Assembly (NCBI RefSeq): GCF_000186885.1
Contig: NC_014972.1
Coordinates: 3,690,001 to 3,722,000 of the forward strand
Direction of reading: 5' to 3'
Source of the DNA: Desulfobulbus propionicus DSM 2032
GTDB lineage: Bacteria; Desulfobacterota; Desulfobulbia; Desulfobulbales; Desulfobulbaceae
DNA: 32,000 nt
Shown here: one piece after another, positions 17,800 through 27,570 of the stretch
Layout: each line of letters opens with the position of its first letter
How positions within the stretch are numbered: the stretch's first letter is position 1
Made by a program: the position numbers and the translations under genes
Notes under the pieces: model-generated
Databases searched by the model: none
What the model was told of the DNA's origin: nothing
The model's input: the letters and a program-made list of their open reading frames with translations, nothing else

Positions 17800-18010
17800 A
17801 GACTACCTTAAAAAAACCTCTTTTTCGTTTCCACGAGTCGATAAATAGGTACTTTTGTTCAACCAACCACCACCGTCGATTGGTCATGCCTCTCCCGGGT
17901 TGCGGATGAGCTTATTGGCTGCTATTGGCGAAAAGTTTTAAATAATTACAAGGAATGGATAAGCTTGGAACATCGTTCTATCCTGCACCTCACCTTGACA
18001 AAATAATTTT

Positions 18011-18805
18011 ATGGCTGGCATCACCGACATCCACACCCACGCCTTTCCCGACGCCATCGCCCGCAAGGCCATCCCCACCTTGGAGCGAGACGGCAACATC
18101 AAAGCCTATCTCAACGGCACGGTGGCCGACCTCTTGGCCTCCATGGACCGTGCCGGCATCGAGCGCTCGGTGCTCTGTTCGATCGCTACCCGACCGGAAC
18201 AGTTCGCTCCCATCCTCGCATGGTCCAAGGCCATCCGCTCCGAGCGGATCATTCCTTTCCCCTCGCTCCATCCCGAAGACCCGCAACTGCTCGAACACTT
18301 GGAGATGGTTCACGCCGATGGATTCAAGGGGGTGAAGATGCACTCCTACTATCAAGACTATTTCCTCGACGACTACCGGCTCTTCGAGCTGTACGAACGC
18401 ATGGGCGAGCTGGGCACCATCCTGGTGATTCACGCCGGCTACGACATCGCCTTTCCCCGCATCCGCAAGGCCGACCCCCAGCGGATCGTCGCTGTCTGCC
18501 GCCAGTTCCCCAAGCTCAAACTGATCGCCACCCATTTGGGGGGCTGGGATGAATGGGCGGACGTGCGCACACTGCTCACCGGCGAACCGATCTACATGGA
18601 GATCTCCTTTGCCCTCGATTTCCTTGATCAAAAGCGCCTGCGCGACATCCTGCTCAACCACCCGGCCGAATATCTGCTGTTCGGCACTGATTCGCCGTGG
18701 ACCGATCAGGCTACCACCCTTAGGATGCTTGGCAAATTGGGCCTGCCGGACTCGCTGTTTGAACGGATCACCAGCACCAATGCCCGACGGCTGCTGGATG
18801 CATGA
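18011..18805 (+). CDS. TatD / amidohydrolase-family metal-dependent hydrolase
   Basis: 'ITDIHTHAFPDAIARKAI', 'GFKGVKMHSYYQDYFLDD', 'LVIHAGYDIAF', 'KLIATHLGG', 'LLFGTDSPWTDQ'. Confidence 0.88.
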   Translation: MAGITDIHTHAFPDAIARKAIPTLERDGNIKAYLNGTVADLLASMDRAGIERSVLCSIATRPEQFAPILAWSKAIRSERIIPFPSLHPEDPQLLEHLEMVHADGFKGVKMHSYYQDYFLDDYRLFELYERMGELGTILVIHAGYDIAFPRIRKADPQRIVAVCRQFPKLKLIATHLGGWDEWADVRTLLTGEPIYMEISFALDFLDQKRLRDILLNHPAEYLLFGTDSPWTDQATTLRMLGKLGLPDSLFERITSTNARRLLDA

Positions 18806-18828
18806 AGATGAAATAACGGAGGTGGGTG

Positions 18829-19119
18829 ATGAACGGGAACCGGACAATCGTGCAGGCGATCATCCTCGCCCTGGGGCTGGTGACCTTGGCGGGTTGCGCT
18901 CCGCAGCGTCAATGGTCAAAACCAGGACTCAATCAGGCCGATTTCGACCGTGATGCGGCCCGCTGTCGGCGGGAGGCCGCCGTGTCCACCCAGCGGGACC
19001 CCTTTGCCCCTGATGCGGGGCACGGTCTGGAACGGGCAAATGTTCAGGAAAAACTTTTTGAGCAGTGCATGACTGCCCGCGGATACCGCTTGGTCGAGGG
19101 CGAGGAATCTGGACGATAA
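18829..19119 (+). CDS. Small lipoprotein
   Basis: Lipobox 'IILALGLVTLAGCAPQ' followed by 'QADFDRDAARCRREAA...LFEQCMTARGYRLV', typical of small glycine-zipper/OM lipoprotein hypotheticals. 23 bp after the amidohydrolase gene. Confidence 0.65.
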   Translation: MNGNRTIVQAIILALGLVTLAGCAPQRQWSKPGLNQADFDRDAARCRREAAVSTQRDPFAPDAGHGLERANVQEKLFEQCMTARGYRLVEGEESGR

Positions 19120-19189
19120 GATAAAGAGGCGGGGCCCGCCCCTCCGTTTCGAGGCCGGTTACGTGAAAGTCATCGTGCTGAAGATTCTC

Positions 19190-19615
19190 TCATTGATCTG
19201 GAAGCGCATGCATTTCATGCATGTGCCCCCATTCTTGCATTGTGAACCTTTCCCGTAATTTGGGAACGTAGACGCTCGGATGATCGTCACTAATGGCAAT
19301 CTTCTCCGGCCATTCAAGCGGGGCAAAATTCGCCATTTGATTGATGACCTTGAGATCGCTTTCTCCCTGTGATTCTTGCCAGGCGCGCGGTAAGAGATGG
19401 TGTCGCTCGAGGGGCTTCTTTTTCGTTTTAAGGGCCGGATCAATCAGATCGCTCACCTTTTTATGCGAGAAAAGAACCGGAGCCCCAAGCCGATTTTGAG
19501 CGGCGATGTAAGCAAAAAGTTGGGAATTCCGTGCGGATGAACTCTCAAGTGTGTTCGCAGGGATATCATAGCCCGTCAGTTGCCGGAGGCGCCGAAGAGG
19601 AAAGATCCGACGCAC
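19190..19615 (-). pseudogene. C-terminal remnant resembling DUF262/DUF1524 (GmrSD-like) family proteins
   Basis: 'SSARNSQLFAYIAAQNRLGAPVLFSHKKVSDLIDPALKTKKKPLERHHLLPRAWQESQGESDLKVINQMANFAPLEWPEKIAISDDHPSVYVPKL' has the HH..P + INQ.AN + N/K.IS...P..Y.P layout seen at the C-terminus of such proteins. No N-terminal domain is encoded next to it; start is only a GTG. Confidence 0.5.
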
Positions 19616-19834
19616 ACAGCAAGCGGCATGGAAATCAAAAGAACGGCGGGAAACGCAAGAGGACGGTGCTCGAATGAAGTTCCAAAAGTCACCGTATTAA
19701 ATGGTATCGGCCTCGCCACCTGCCAATCAATTGCAAGGGGGCTCACTTACTTTATTGTTCTCGACAATTAAAAGACGACCTGCAGCCCGGCGGCAGACCG
19801 CTATTGGGTTCGGCGGTTTTAAAAAAATGAAAAT

Positions 19835-19855
19835 TTTGTACAGGAGTTGTACAAA
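19835..19855. repeat. Palindromic operator-like dyad TTTGTACA-N5-TGTACAAA
   Basis: Perfect 8-bp arms with a 5-nt spacer, 55 bp from the 3' end of tRNA-Arg. Confidence 0.5.
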
Positions 19856-19910
19856 TTGCCCTAAAAACAAAACAATCACTCACCAGAATCTAGGCAAGTG
19901 GCTGAATTAT

Positions 19911-19987
19911 TGGCGCGCCCGGAGGGATTCGAACCCCCGGCACTCGGATTCGAAGTCCGATGCTCTATCCAGCTGAGCTACGGGCGC
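19911..19987 (-). tRNA. tRNA-Arg(TCG), CCA encoded
   Basis: Minus strand GCGCCCGTAGCTCAGCTGGATAGAGCATCGGACTTCGAATCCGAGTGCCGGGGGTTCGAATCCCTCCGGGCGCGCCA; cloverleaf folds by eye with acceptor GCGCCCG/CGGGCGC, anticodon loop CTTCGAA and T-loop GGTTCGAATCC. Confidence 0.96.
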
Positions 19988-20129
19988 GTCGATGCGTACG
20001 GGTATCCGCTGGTCGAGCCAGCGACGTAGACGATGATCGCCGTGTGGGTGGCGATCCAAATGAAAAACCATTTTACCCGGAAACCAGCGGCCACGTCAAC
20101 CCTGCCGCGCTGAGGAGCGGAAAAATCGC

Positions 20130-20663
20130 TCAGGCAAGGAGCCGCGGAGCATCCTCCCAGGGGTGGCGCATGGCCTCCAGCAGCCGCTGCGGATCGGTGT
20201 AGGCGGCCAGTCGGTCCCGGTTGGCGTCAAGCACCGGCAGGGCTTTGGCGGCCAGCTGTGCCGTGGCGTCGACAAAGCCGTACTCCCGCTTGATGTAAAC
20301 GCCGGCCGCCCGGATCATGGCTTGAAGAAAGGCTTTTTCCGTTCCTTGGGCCCTATGCCAGGCTTGCTCCAGAATCTCGTGGACCTCGAAATGCAGGCCC
20401 AGATCCCAAAGGACCAGCCCCTGCCAGAGTACATCTTCCGGTCCAGAGGCGATGCCATCGAGGAAGCGCGCGTACCGCTCCAGGCGATCGTGGATGTAGG
20501 CCACCTGCTCCGGGCCAGGCCGGGCAGCGAGAAAACGATCCGCCACCCCCTGGGCCGGGGCGAGACGTTGCTCGCGCAGACAGGCGGGCAGCGCGGCCGA
20601 CAGTTGGTTGCGGATGTCCCTGCTCAGCCGGTCACGGAACGGGTCAAAGGGATGATGAATCAT
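20130..20663 (-). CDS. DUF309 domain-containing protein
   Basis: 'LWDLGLHFEVHEILEQAWHRAQGTEKAFLQAMIRAAGVYIKRE' is the DUF309 signature. Start reassigned to ATG 20663 (MIHHPFDPFRDRL). Confidence 0.85.
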   Translation of the reverse strand: MIHHPFDPFRDRLSRDIRNQLSAALPACLREQRLAPAQGVADRFLAARPGPEQVAYIHDRLERYARFLDGIASGPEDVLWQGLVLWDLGLHFEVHEILEQAWHRAQGTEKAFLQAMIRAAGVYIKREYGFVDATAQLAAKALPVLDANRDRLAAYTDPQRLLEAMRHPWEDAPRLLA

Positions 20664-20771
20664 TTGTCGCTCTCCTCGCCAATCGGGTATAGTGCCGCCA
20701 CATGCGCTGGCCGCCACCCGGACCGCGCCATGCTTCCTCCATGATTGTCCCTCTTTTCATAAGGCAGACCG

Positions 20772-20972
20772 ATGAAACTGTATAGCTGTATTACCGGACC
20801 GGACGACGAAACCTTTTGCAAACGCGTGTCCGACAAGCTCAACCGCGGCTGGCAGCTCCATGGCGGCCCCACCCTGACGTTTGACGGCAGAACGGTGATC
20901 GCTGGCCAAGCCCTGGTCAAGGAAGTCGAGGGCGAAGTCTTCACCATGGACACCACGATCAGCGCCTACTGA
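20772..20972 (+). CDS. DUF1737-like small protein
   Basis: MKLYSCITGPDDETFCKRVSDKLNRGWQLHGGPTLTFDGRTVIAGQALVKEV, DUF1737 pattern (Y.vi.g.....f...V...l..GW.lyGgp......g....QAm). Confidence 0.8.
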   Translation: MKLYSCITGPDDETFCKRVSDKLNRGWQLHGGPTLTFDGRTVIAGQALVKEVEGEVFTMDTTISAY

Positions 20973-20990
20973 TCCGATCCGTTCTCCGAC

Positions 20991-22229
20991 ATGCGGCTGA
21001 TTCACACCTCGGATTGGCATCTTGGCCACCGCTTCCATGGGCGGCAGCGGCACGAGGAGCAGGGCCGTTTCCTGGACTGGCTGGTCGGCTCGATCGAGGA
21101 GCAAGGAATCGAGGCCCTGCTGGTGGCGGGCGACATCTTCGACACCACTGCCCCCGGCAGCCGGGCCCAGGCCCTCTATTATCGCTTCCTCCACCGGCTG
21201 GCCAGCTCCCCTTGCCGTCATGTGGTGATCACCGGCGGCAATCACGATTCGCCCGCTCTGCTCGAGGCGCCGCGGGAGCTGCTGCGCCAGCTGGACATCC
21301 ATGTGGTCGGCATGGCCGACGGCAACCCGGACAAGGAGATCCTGTTGCTGCGCGATGGTCAAGGTCTGCCCGAACTGTTGATCTGCGCCGTGCCCTTTCT
21401 TCGCGACCGGGACATCCGCCAGGCAGCGGCCGGCGAGACCCTGGAGGAAAAAGGCCGGCAATTGCGCGAGGGCATCCGCGCCCATTACCAACAGGTATGC
21501 GAACTCGCCGATCAACGGCGCAGGGAGATCGACGCCAACCTGCCTCTGGTGGTCATGGGCCACCTCTTTGTGGCCGGCGGACGCACGATGGAAGGTGATG
21601 GCGTGCGCGAACTGATGGTTGGCGGCCTGGATCGGATCGACAGCAGCAGTTTTCCCGAATGGATCGATTATCTGGCCCTCGGCCATCTCCACCATGGTCA
21701 GCAGGTGGCCGGCAGCCCCACGCGGCGTTATTGCGGAGCACCGCTGCCGATGAGCTTTGCCGAGGCCGGTCTGCGCAAGGAAATCCTCCTCCTGACCACC
21801 CGGGGACGAGATGTGTCGGTAACGCCGTTGACCGTGCCGGTGTTCCAGTCCCTGGCCTCCTTGCACGGCGATCTGGACCAGTTGCTGGCTGGCCTCGCGC
21901 AACTGAAAATCCATCCCGACCCCGCCTGGGTCGAGCTGATTTACGAAGGGGAAACGGTTGTTCCCCGCCTGCGCGACGAGTTGCTGGCGGCGGTCGAAGG
22001 ATCGGCGCTGAGCGTGCTGCGCATCCGCGACAGCCGCATCTATGATTATGTCCTGCGCCAGGCCCAGGAAGCGGAATCGCTCGATGATCTGAGCGTGGAC
22101 GAGGTGTTTGAGCGCTGCCTGGAGAGCAACCATATCGAGCAAGGACAGCGGCAGATACTGCGCGGGGCCTTTGCCGAAATCGTGGCTGCTGTGGAACACG
22201 GGACCAGCGCCCCAGAGACGGCGCCATGA
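20991..22229 (+). CDS. sbcD: Exonuclease subunit SbcD
   Basis: 'MRLIHTSDWHLGHRFHGRQRHEEQGRFLDWL', 'ALLVAGDIFDTTAPGSRAQALYYRFL', 'VVITGGNHDSP', 'VVMGHLFVAGG', 'DYLALGHLHHGQQV'. Confidence 0.97.
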   Translation: MRLIHTSDWHLGHRFHGRQRHEEQGRFLDWLVGSIEEQGIEALLVAGDIFDTTAPGSRAQALYYRFLHRLASSPCRHVVITGGNHDSPALLEAPRELLRQLDIHVVGMADGNPDKEILLLRDGQGLPELLICAVPFLRDRDIRQAAAGETLEEKGRQLREGIRAHYQQVCELADQRRREIDANLPLVVMGHLFVAGGRTMEGDGVRELMVGGLDRIDSSSFPEWIDYLALGHLHHGQQVAGSPTRRYCGAPLPMSFAEAGLRKEILLLTTRGRDVSVTPLTVPVFQSLASLHGDLDQLLAGLAQLKIHPDPAWVELIYEGETVVPRLRDELLAAVEGSALSVLRIRDSRIYDYVLRQAQEAESLDDLSVDEVFERCLESNHIEQGQRQILRGAFAEIVAAVEHGTSAPETAP

Positions 22230-25200
22230 GGATCCACGCCGTCCGTCTGCGCAACCTCAACTCGCTGGCCGGAACCTGGGTCATCGACTTCACCGCTCCC
22301 GAATACACGGCCTCGGGCATCTTCGCCATCACCGGTCCCACCGGAGCGGGCAAATCCACCATCCTGGACGCCATCTGCCTGGCCCTGTTCGCCCGCACTC
22401 CCCGCCTTGGCCATATCAGCAAGGGCAGCAACGAGATCATGTCCCGCCGGACCGGCGACTGTTTTGCCGAGGTCGAATTCGAAACCCGGCGGGGCCGCTT
22501 TCGCTGTCACTGGGCCCAGCATCGCGCCCGCCGCAGTCCAGAAGGCGAGTTGCAGCCGCCACGGCATGAAATGGTCGACGCCACCAACGGCAAGGTCCTG
22601 GAAAGCCGCAGCAAGGAAGTCGGTCGTTTGGTGGAGCAAGTGACCGGCATGGATTTCGACCGGTTCACCCGCTCGATCCTGCTCGCCCAGGGGGAGTTTG
22701 CCGCCTTCCTCGAGGCCGACGCCGATCAACGCGCCCCGATCCTGGAACAGATTACCGGCACCGCCATCTATTCGCGCATCTCCATGGCCGTGCACGAACG
22801 GACCAGCGAGGAACGACGGAAAACCGAGCTCATCGCGGAAACCATGGGCAGTGTCTCGCTCCTGAGTTGTGATGAAGAGCAGGCCCTGACAGCGGCAATC
22901 AACGAACAGATGGCAACGGTGACCGCTCGACAGCGGCAGTTGGCCGAGCTCTCCCAAGCCCTGCACCGGATTGCCACCATCGAGTCGTTGCAGGTCCAGT
23001 TGGCCGAGACCGAGAGACTGCTGCTCGAACTGACCCGCCGCCGCGACGAGGACAAGGAGGTATTCCTCCGGCTGGAACGAGGCCTGCGCGCCCAGTCGCT
23101 GCTCGGCGACCACAACCGGCTCACCGAGACGGAAGGACGCCTGACCGGCCTGCGCGCCAAAAACGAGAGCCTGCGCGCTTCCCTGGAACAGCTCCGGGGG
23201 CAACAGCGGCAACGAGCCGAGGAATTGGCCCTGGCCGGTCTGCAACGGGAAGAACAGGCGACGCTGCAGCAACGGGAACAGGAGACGATCACCACGGTCT
23301 GCGCCCTGGACCTCCGCATCCACGAAAAGAGAAAACATCTCTCCCAGGCAACCGCCGCTCACCGACAAACCGCCCAGGAACGGGAACGGCTGCACCAACA
23401 GCGCCAGGAGCTGGACAAGCAGCTGATCGAGACAGACGCCCGTCAGCAGCAGCTCGACGCCTTTTTCCGTGCCCATGGAAATGACAGTCTGCTGGTGGAA
23501 CAGTTGGCCGGGTATCGCCAGCAGCTGAACCAACTGGGAGGCAAGGAACAAGGCCTAGAGCGGATGGAACAACGGTTGCGGGAGCTGCGGACCAGCCGAA
23601 CCGCGACCCAGGAGCAAATGGCCCGTCTCGGCGACGAGGAAGCGCGGGCAACCCAGACTCTAACCGTTTTGCGGCAGCGGCTGCGGTTACTGGAAACCCA
23701 GCGGGACGACCTCTTGGCCGGCCAGCCCCTCGCCGAATGGCGGCAGCAGGTAGAGGCCGAGGAGCTGCGACTGCGGCAGGTGGAAAAGGCCGCCGAACTG
23801 CTGCACCAGCAGCAACGCCTGGACATGGAGGCAGCAGCGCTTGACCGCCTGCTCCGAGACACCCAGGTTCGCATTGAGCGGGAGAAACACGAACTGCGGG
23901 CACTGGAAGACAAACGGTCGCTTCAGCAGCAGGTGGTGGCGCAGTGCGAGCGCAACCAGCAGCTGGCCCTGCGGATCCGCGGCTATGAACAAGAGCGTTC
24001 CCGGCTGGTGGAGGGACTTGCCTGCCCGCTGTGCGGCGCCACCCATCATCCCTTTGCCGAACATGGCGTGGAGGAGGCAATCATCGGGGACGAACCTGTT
24101 GCCGAGGCCCGCGCGGCCCTGGAGCGGATGACGACCGATATCGGCCAGCGGCGGGAGAAGTTGATCGGACTGGACAAGGACAGCGAACACGGCCAGCTGG
24201 CCCTGAACCGGGTGCGACAACAGCGATTGGAGCTGGAAGCAACGCTCACGCCGTTGCTGCCGCTGTTGGGCCAAACGGAGGATCGGTCCGCCGGGGCAAC
24301 CCGGACCCTGGCACAGGGACGGGAGCGGATCGCCGCCCTGCGCGACCGCCTTCGAGCCGTCGAGGACCGGGAAAGCGAACTTCAGCGGCTGCGCGCCCAG
24401 CTGGAACAGCACACGGTCCAAAGCAGCGAGCTGCAGCAACAGGTGCAGACGGCCCGACACGCGCTGACAACCATCGACCAGGATCTCTTCCATCTGGAGG
24501 GACAGCGCGACGAGGAACGGGCCTGGATTGCAGACTGCCGCCGCATCCTCCGGGATCACCTCCGGCCCCTGGGCATTGACGACTGTCCGCCAGGACACGG
24601 CCACTCGCTGCTGCTGCACCTGGAAACCCGCCTGCGGAACTGGAAAGCGCAGCAAGAGCAAATGGATCGCCTGACTCGTCTCCGCTCCAATCTGCAAACG
24701 GAACGGGACAAACTCGACCTGCTGCTGACCACCACGATCGACCGGCTGGCACAGCAGGAGGGGGAACTGGAGCGGATGCGGCGGGAACAGGCCGGGTTGC
24801 TGGCGGAGCGGTTTGAACTCTACGGCGACCGCGATCCCACCATGGAAGAACAGCGGTTGAAAACCCTGGTGCAGCAGGCCGAGGCCAAGGAACAAGGTAT
24901 CCGGAATCAGCTGATCGAGGTCGAACGGGAGCTGTACGGTCAGGGCGAACAGCTACGCCTGAACAGCGAGGAACTGGACACCCTGGGACCGCGGGTCCGC
25001 GAGTTGAAAACAGGTCTGCTGGCGCGGCTGGTCGAGGCCGGCTTTATCGATCGGGATGATGTTCTTGGCAGCCTGCTGGCGGACGAAGAGCTGGCGGAAC
25101 TGGACAAACACCGGCAGACCCTGGACAGGGAACAGACCATGCTCACCGCCCGCCTGACCGAGCAACGCGCGGCCCTAGCCCGCGAGCAGGCCCTGCGGGA

Positions 25201-25888
25201 CGAACGGCGCCAGGAGGAACTGGAGGCCGCGCAGGCAGCGGGGCAGCAGGAGCTGGAAGCGCTCCACCAGCGTATCGGCGCCGACCGGGAACGACTGGCG
25301 GTCAACGCCCGTCTCAAACTCCAGTTCGAGGCCCAGCAACAGGTCCTGGCGGCACAGCACCGGGAGCTGGAGCGCTGGGAACTGCTCCACCAGTTGATCG
25401 GTTCGGCCGACGGCAAGAAATTCCGCGTCTTTGCCCAAGGGTTGACCTTTGAGGTGATGATCAGCCACGCCAACCGCCAGCTGCGCACGATGAGCGACCG
25501 CTATATCCTCCTGCGCGACCCCAAGGAACCCCTGGCCCTGCAGGTGCTCGACAACTATCAGGCCGGGGAGATCCGCTCGACCCGCAACCTCTCCGGCGGC
25601 GAGAGCTTTCTCGTCAGCCTGGCCCTGTCGCTGGGGCTGTCGGCCATGGCCAGCCACAATGTCCAGGTCGATTCCCTCTTCCTCGACGAGGGCTTCGGCA
25701 CCCTCGATGAAGAAGCCCTGGATGCCGCCCTCCAGACCCTGGCCGAGCTGCGTCAGGACGGCAAGCTGATCGGCATCATTTCCCATGTGCCCATGCTCAG
25801 GGAGCGGATCGACGCCCGCATCCAGGTACTGCCGGGGCCGGGCGGCCGCAGCCGTCTGCGCGGGCCGGGCTGCGCTCAGCTCGGCTGA
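22226..25888 (+). CDS. sbcC: Exonuclease subunit SbcC (Rad50-like SMC ATPase)
   Basis: Walker A 'AITGPTGAGKSTILDAI', long coiled coil, zinc-hook 'LACPLCGATHHP', C-terminal 'NLSGGESFLVSLALSLGLS...SLFLDEGFGTLDEEALDAALQTL'. 4-bp overlap with sbcD. Confidence 0.97.
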   Translation: MRIHAVRLRNLNSLAGTWVIDFTAPEYTASGIFAITGPTGAGKSTILDAICLALFARTPRLGHISKGSNEIMSRRTGDCFAEVEFETRRGRFRCHWAQHRARRSPEGELQPPRHEMVDATNGKVLESRSKEVGRLVEQVTGMDFDRFTRSILLAQGEFAAFLEADADQRAPILEQITGTAIYSRISMAVHERTSEERRKTELIAETMGSVSLLSCDEEQALTAAINEQMATVTARQRQLAELSQALHRIATIESLQVQLAETERLLLELTRRRDEDKEVFLRLERGLRAQSLLGDHNRLTETEGRLTGLRAKNESLRASLEQLRGQQRQRAEELALAGLQREEQATLQQREQETITTVCALDLRIHEKRKHLSQATAAHRQTAQERERLHQQRQELDKQLIETDARQQQLDAFFRAHGNDSLLVEQLAGYRQQLNQLGGKEQGLERMEQRLRELRTSRTATQEQMARLGDEEARATQTLTVLRQRLRLLETQRDDLLAGQPLAEWRQQVEAEELRLRQVEKAAELLHQQQRLDMEAAALDRLLRDTQVRIEREKHELRALEDKRSLQQQVVAQCERNQQLALRIRGYEQERSRLVEGLACPLCGATHHPFAEHGVEEAIIGDEPVAEARAALERMTTDIGQRREKLIGLDKDSEHGQLALNRVRQQRLELEATLTPLLPLLGQTEDRSAGATRTLAQGRERIAALRDRLRAVEDRESELQRLRAQLEQHTVQSSELQQQVQTARHALTTIDQDLFHLEGQRDEERAWIADCRRILRDHLRPLGIDDCPPGHGHSLLLHLETRLRNWKAQQEQMDRLTRLRSNLQTERDKLDLLLTTTIDRLAQQEGELERMRREQAGLLAERFELYGDRDPTMEEQRLKTLVQQAEAKEQGIRNQLIEVERELYGQGEQLRLNSEELDTLGPRVRELKTGLLARLVEAGFIDRDDVLGSLLADEELAELDKHRQTLDREQTMLTARLTEQRAALAREQALRDERRQEELEAAQAAGQQELEALHQRIGADRERLAVNARLKLQFEAQQQVLAAQHRELERWELLHQLIGSADGKKFRVFAQGLTFEVMISHANRQLRTMSDRYILLRDPKEPLALQVLDNYQAGEIRSTRNLSGGESFLVSLALSLGLSAMASHNVQVDSLFLDEGFGTLDEEALDAALQTLAELRQDGKLIGIISHVPMLRERIDARIQVLPGPGGRSRLRGPGCAQLG

Positions 25889-26670
25889 AAGGAAGAGATG
25901 CCTTCAGGCGGATCGTCGCCGCTCCTCGCGCACCGGGGGCAGGCCTGCATGCGCAGCGGCCGTTCCAGATGGCTCCTTGCCAGCAACGGATCGTCGGTGA
26001 AGATGGCCGCCGTCGGTCCGTCGGCCATGACCCTCCCCTCATGAAGGACAATGGTGCGCGGACAAAGATCAAGCACCAGGTCGAGGTCGTGGGTGGCAAT
26101 GATCTTGGTGTGCTGGAAACCCGCCAACAGGGCAATCAGCATCCGCCGGGCGCGCGGATCGAGATTGGCCGAAGGTTCGTCCATGACCAGGATGTCGGGC
26201 GACATGGCCAGCACGGTGGCGATGGACACCGCCCGTTTCTCGCCGCCGGACAGCTTGTAGGGTGGCCGGGCGCGCAGGTGCTCGATGCCTACCCGTGCCA
26301 AGGCGCGCTGCACGCGTATCTCGACCTCATCCGCCGGCAGGCCGAGATTGAGCGGACCAAAGGCGACATCCTCGGCAACGGTGGGCATGAACAGCTGGTC
26401 ATCCGGATCCTGGAAGATCATGCCCACCGTGCGGCGGATGTCCCTGAGCGTCTCCTTGGTCAGGGGGAAATCGCCGATGCGCACGGTGCCGCTTTGCGGC
26501 GTCAGCGTGCCGTTGAGGTGCAACAGCAGGGTCGATTTGCCCGCCCCGTTGGCGCCGATCACCGCCACCGATTCGCCGTGATGGATGCGAAAGGAGATAC
26601 CGCGCACGGCGGCGGTGCCGTCGGCATAGGTGTGGGCGAGGTCCCGGACTTCGACAATGTGGTGGCTCAT
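25876..26670 (-). CDS. cbiO: Cobalt/nickel ECF transporter ATPase CbiO/NikO
   Basis: Walker A 'AVIGANGAGKSTLLLHLNGTLTPQSG', 'VGMIFQDPDDQLFMPTVAEDVAFGPLNLGL', signature 'LSGGEKRAVSIATVLAMSPDILVMDEPSANLDP'. 3' end overlaps the sbcC 3' end convergently. Confidence 0.95.
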   Translation of the reverse strand: MSHHIVEVRDLAHTYADGTAAVRGISFRIHHGESVAVIGANGAGKSTLLLHLNGTLTPQSGTVRIGDFPLTKETLRDIRRTVGMIFQDPDDQLFMPTVAEDVAFGPLNLGLPADEVEIRVQRALARVGIEHLRARPPYKLSGGEKRAVSIATVLAMSPDILVMDEPSANLDPRARRMLIALLAGFQHTKIIATHDLDLVLDLCPRTIVLHEGRVMADGPTAAIFTDDPLLARSHLERPLRMQACPRCARSGDDPPEGISSFQPS

Positions 26671-27479
26671 GGCAGCGCCCCGGTGAGCAACCGGCCCAGC
26701 AACAGGCTGCAGTCATAGCGGCGCAGGCCAATGAGCACCAATCCGGCCAGCATGAACACCACCACGTCCCGCAGGGTCAGGCGCGGCGGGCGCCTGGTGC
26801 GGACGGTGCCGTCGAAACCTCGACAGAGCATGGCCTGATGAATACGCTGGGCCCGATCCAGGGTGCGCAGCAGCAGGCCGCCGAGCAGATGGCCGTAGGT
26901 TCGCATGCCCATGCCGCGCCCCTGAAAGGAGCGGAGCGCCCTGGCCCGATGCATCCGCCTTCCCTCCTCGATCAACACGAACAGATAGCGATAGAGCAGC
27001 AGCAGTTGCACCGCGAAGACCGTGGGCATGCCCAGCCGCTCCAGGGCCATGCAGACCGCGTTGAATCCGGTGGTGGCGATCAGGACCAGCAGGGCGCCGA
27101 TGGTCAGGGAAAAACGCAGCAGAATGGAGCAAAAGGACAGCCAGCCGCCGGAGACAGCGAATGAACCGAGGTAGAGCTGAGGGTGCTGGTCGAGCAAGGG
27201 GTTGCACAGGCCCAGCAGGACGGCGAAGGGCGAGACCAGGACCAATCGTGTGAGGATCAGGGAGGCCGGCACGCGGCCCAGCGCCATGATCAGGCTGAGG
27301 CACAGGGCAAACGGTGCCAGGGCGGCCACCGTGTATTTGTCGAAGGAAACCACGCAAAGCACAAACAACGCCGCTATCAACACCTTGATCCGGGGATCGA
27401 GCCGGTGGATGGACGAATCCCCGGCAGCCAGCGCGTCGAGAGCGCTCAGGTCCACAAAGGCCGATTCGATCTTGGCCAT
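26667..27479 (-). CDS. cbiQ: Cobalt/nickel ECF transporter transmembrane protein CbiQ/NikQ
   Basis: 'SSIHRLDPRIKVLIAALFVLCVVSF', 'YRYLFVLIEEGRRMHRARALRSF', 'LLGGLLLRTLDRAQRIHQAMLCRGFDG'. Start at ATG 27479 (MAKIESAF). Confidence 0.93.
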   Translation of the reverse strand: MAKIESAFVDLSALDALAAGDSSIHRLDPRIKVLIAALFVLCVVSFDKYTVAALAPFALCLSLIMALGRVPASLILTRLVLVSPFAVLLGLCNPLLDQHPQLYLGSFAVSGGWLSFCSILLRFSLTIGALLVLIATTGFNAVCMALERLGMPTVFAVQLLLLYRYLFVLIEEGRRMHRARALRSFQGRGMGMRTYGHLLGGLLLRTLDRAQRIHQAMLCRGFDGTVRTRRPPRLTLRDVVVFMLAGLVLIGLRRYDCSLLLGRLLTGALP

Positions 27480-27570
27480 CAGGAGCTTCCGTGCCGCCGT
27501 CCGCAACGCAAAGGGAACGGTGGTTGGGCGCCGCTGTTCCCGGGCGACCCCACTGCGGCGAACAAGGGTG

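Noticed and set aside
17990-18847. 285-aa minus-strand ORF
   Set aside because: Antisense to the amidohydrolase gene.
20757-22199. 480-aa minus-strand ORF
   Set aside because: Antisense to sbcD, whose motifs are unambiguous.
22046-25786. Multiple large minus-strand ORFs (22046-23551, 23687-24895, 25175-25786, others)
   Set aside because: Antisense shadows of sbcC in GC-rich DNA; low-complexity L/Q/G/R-rich translations.
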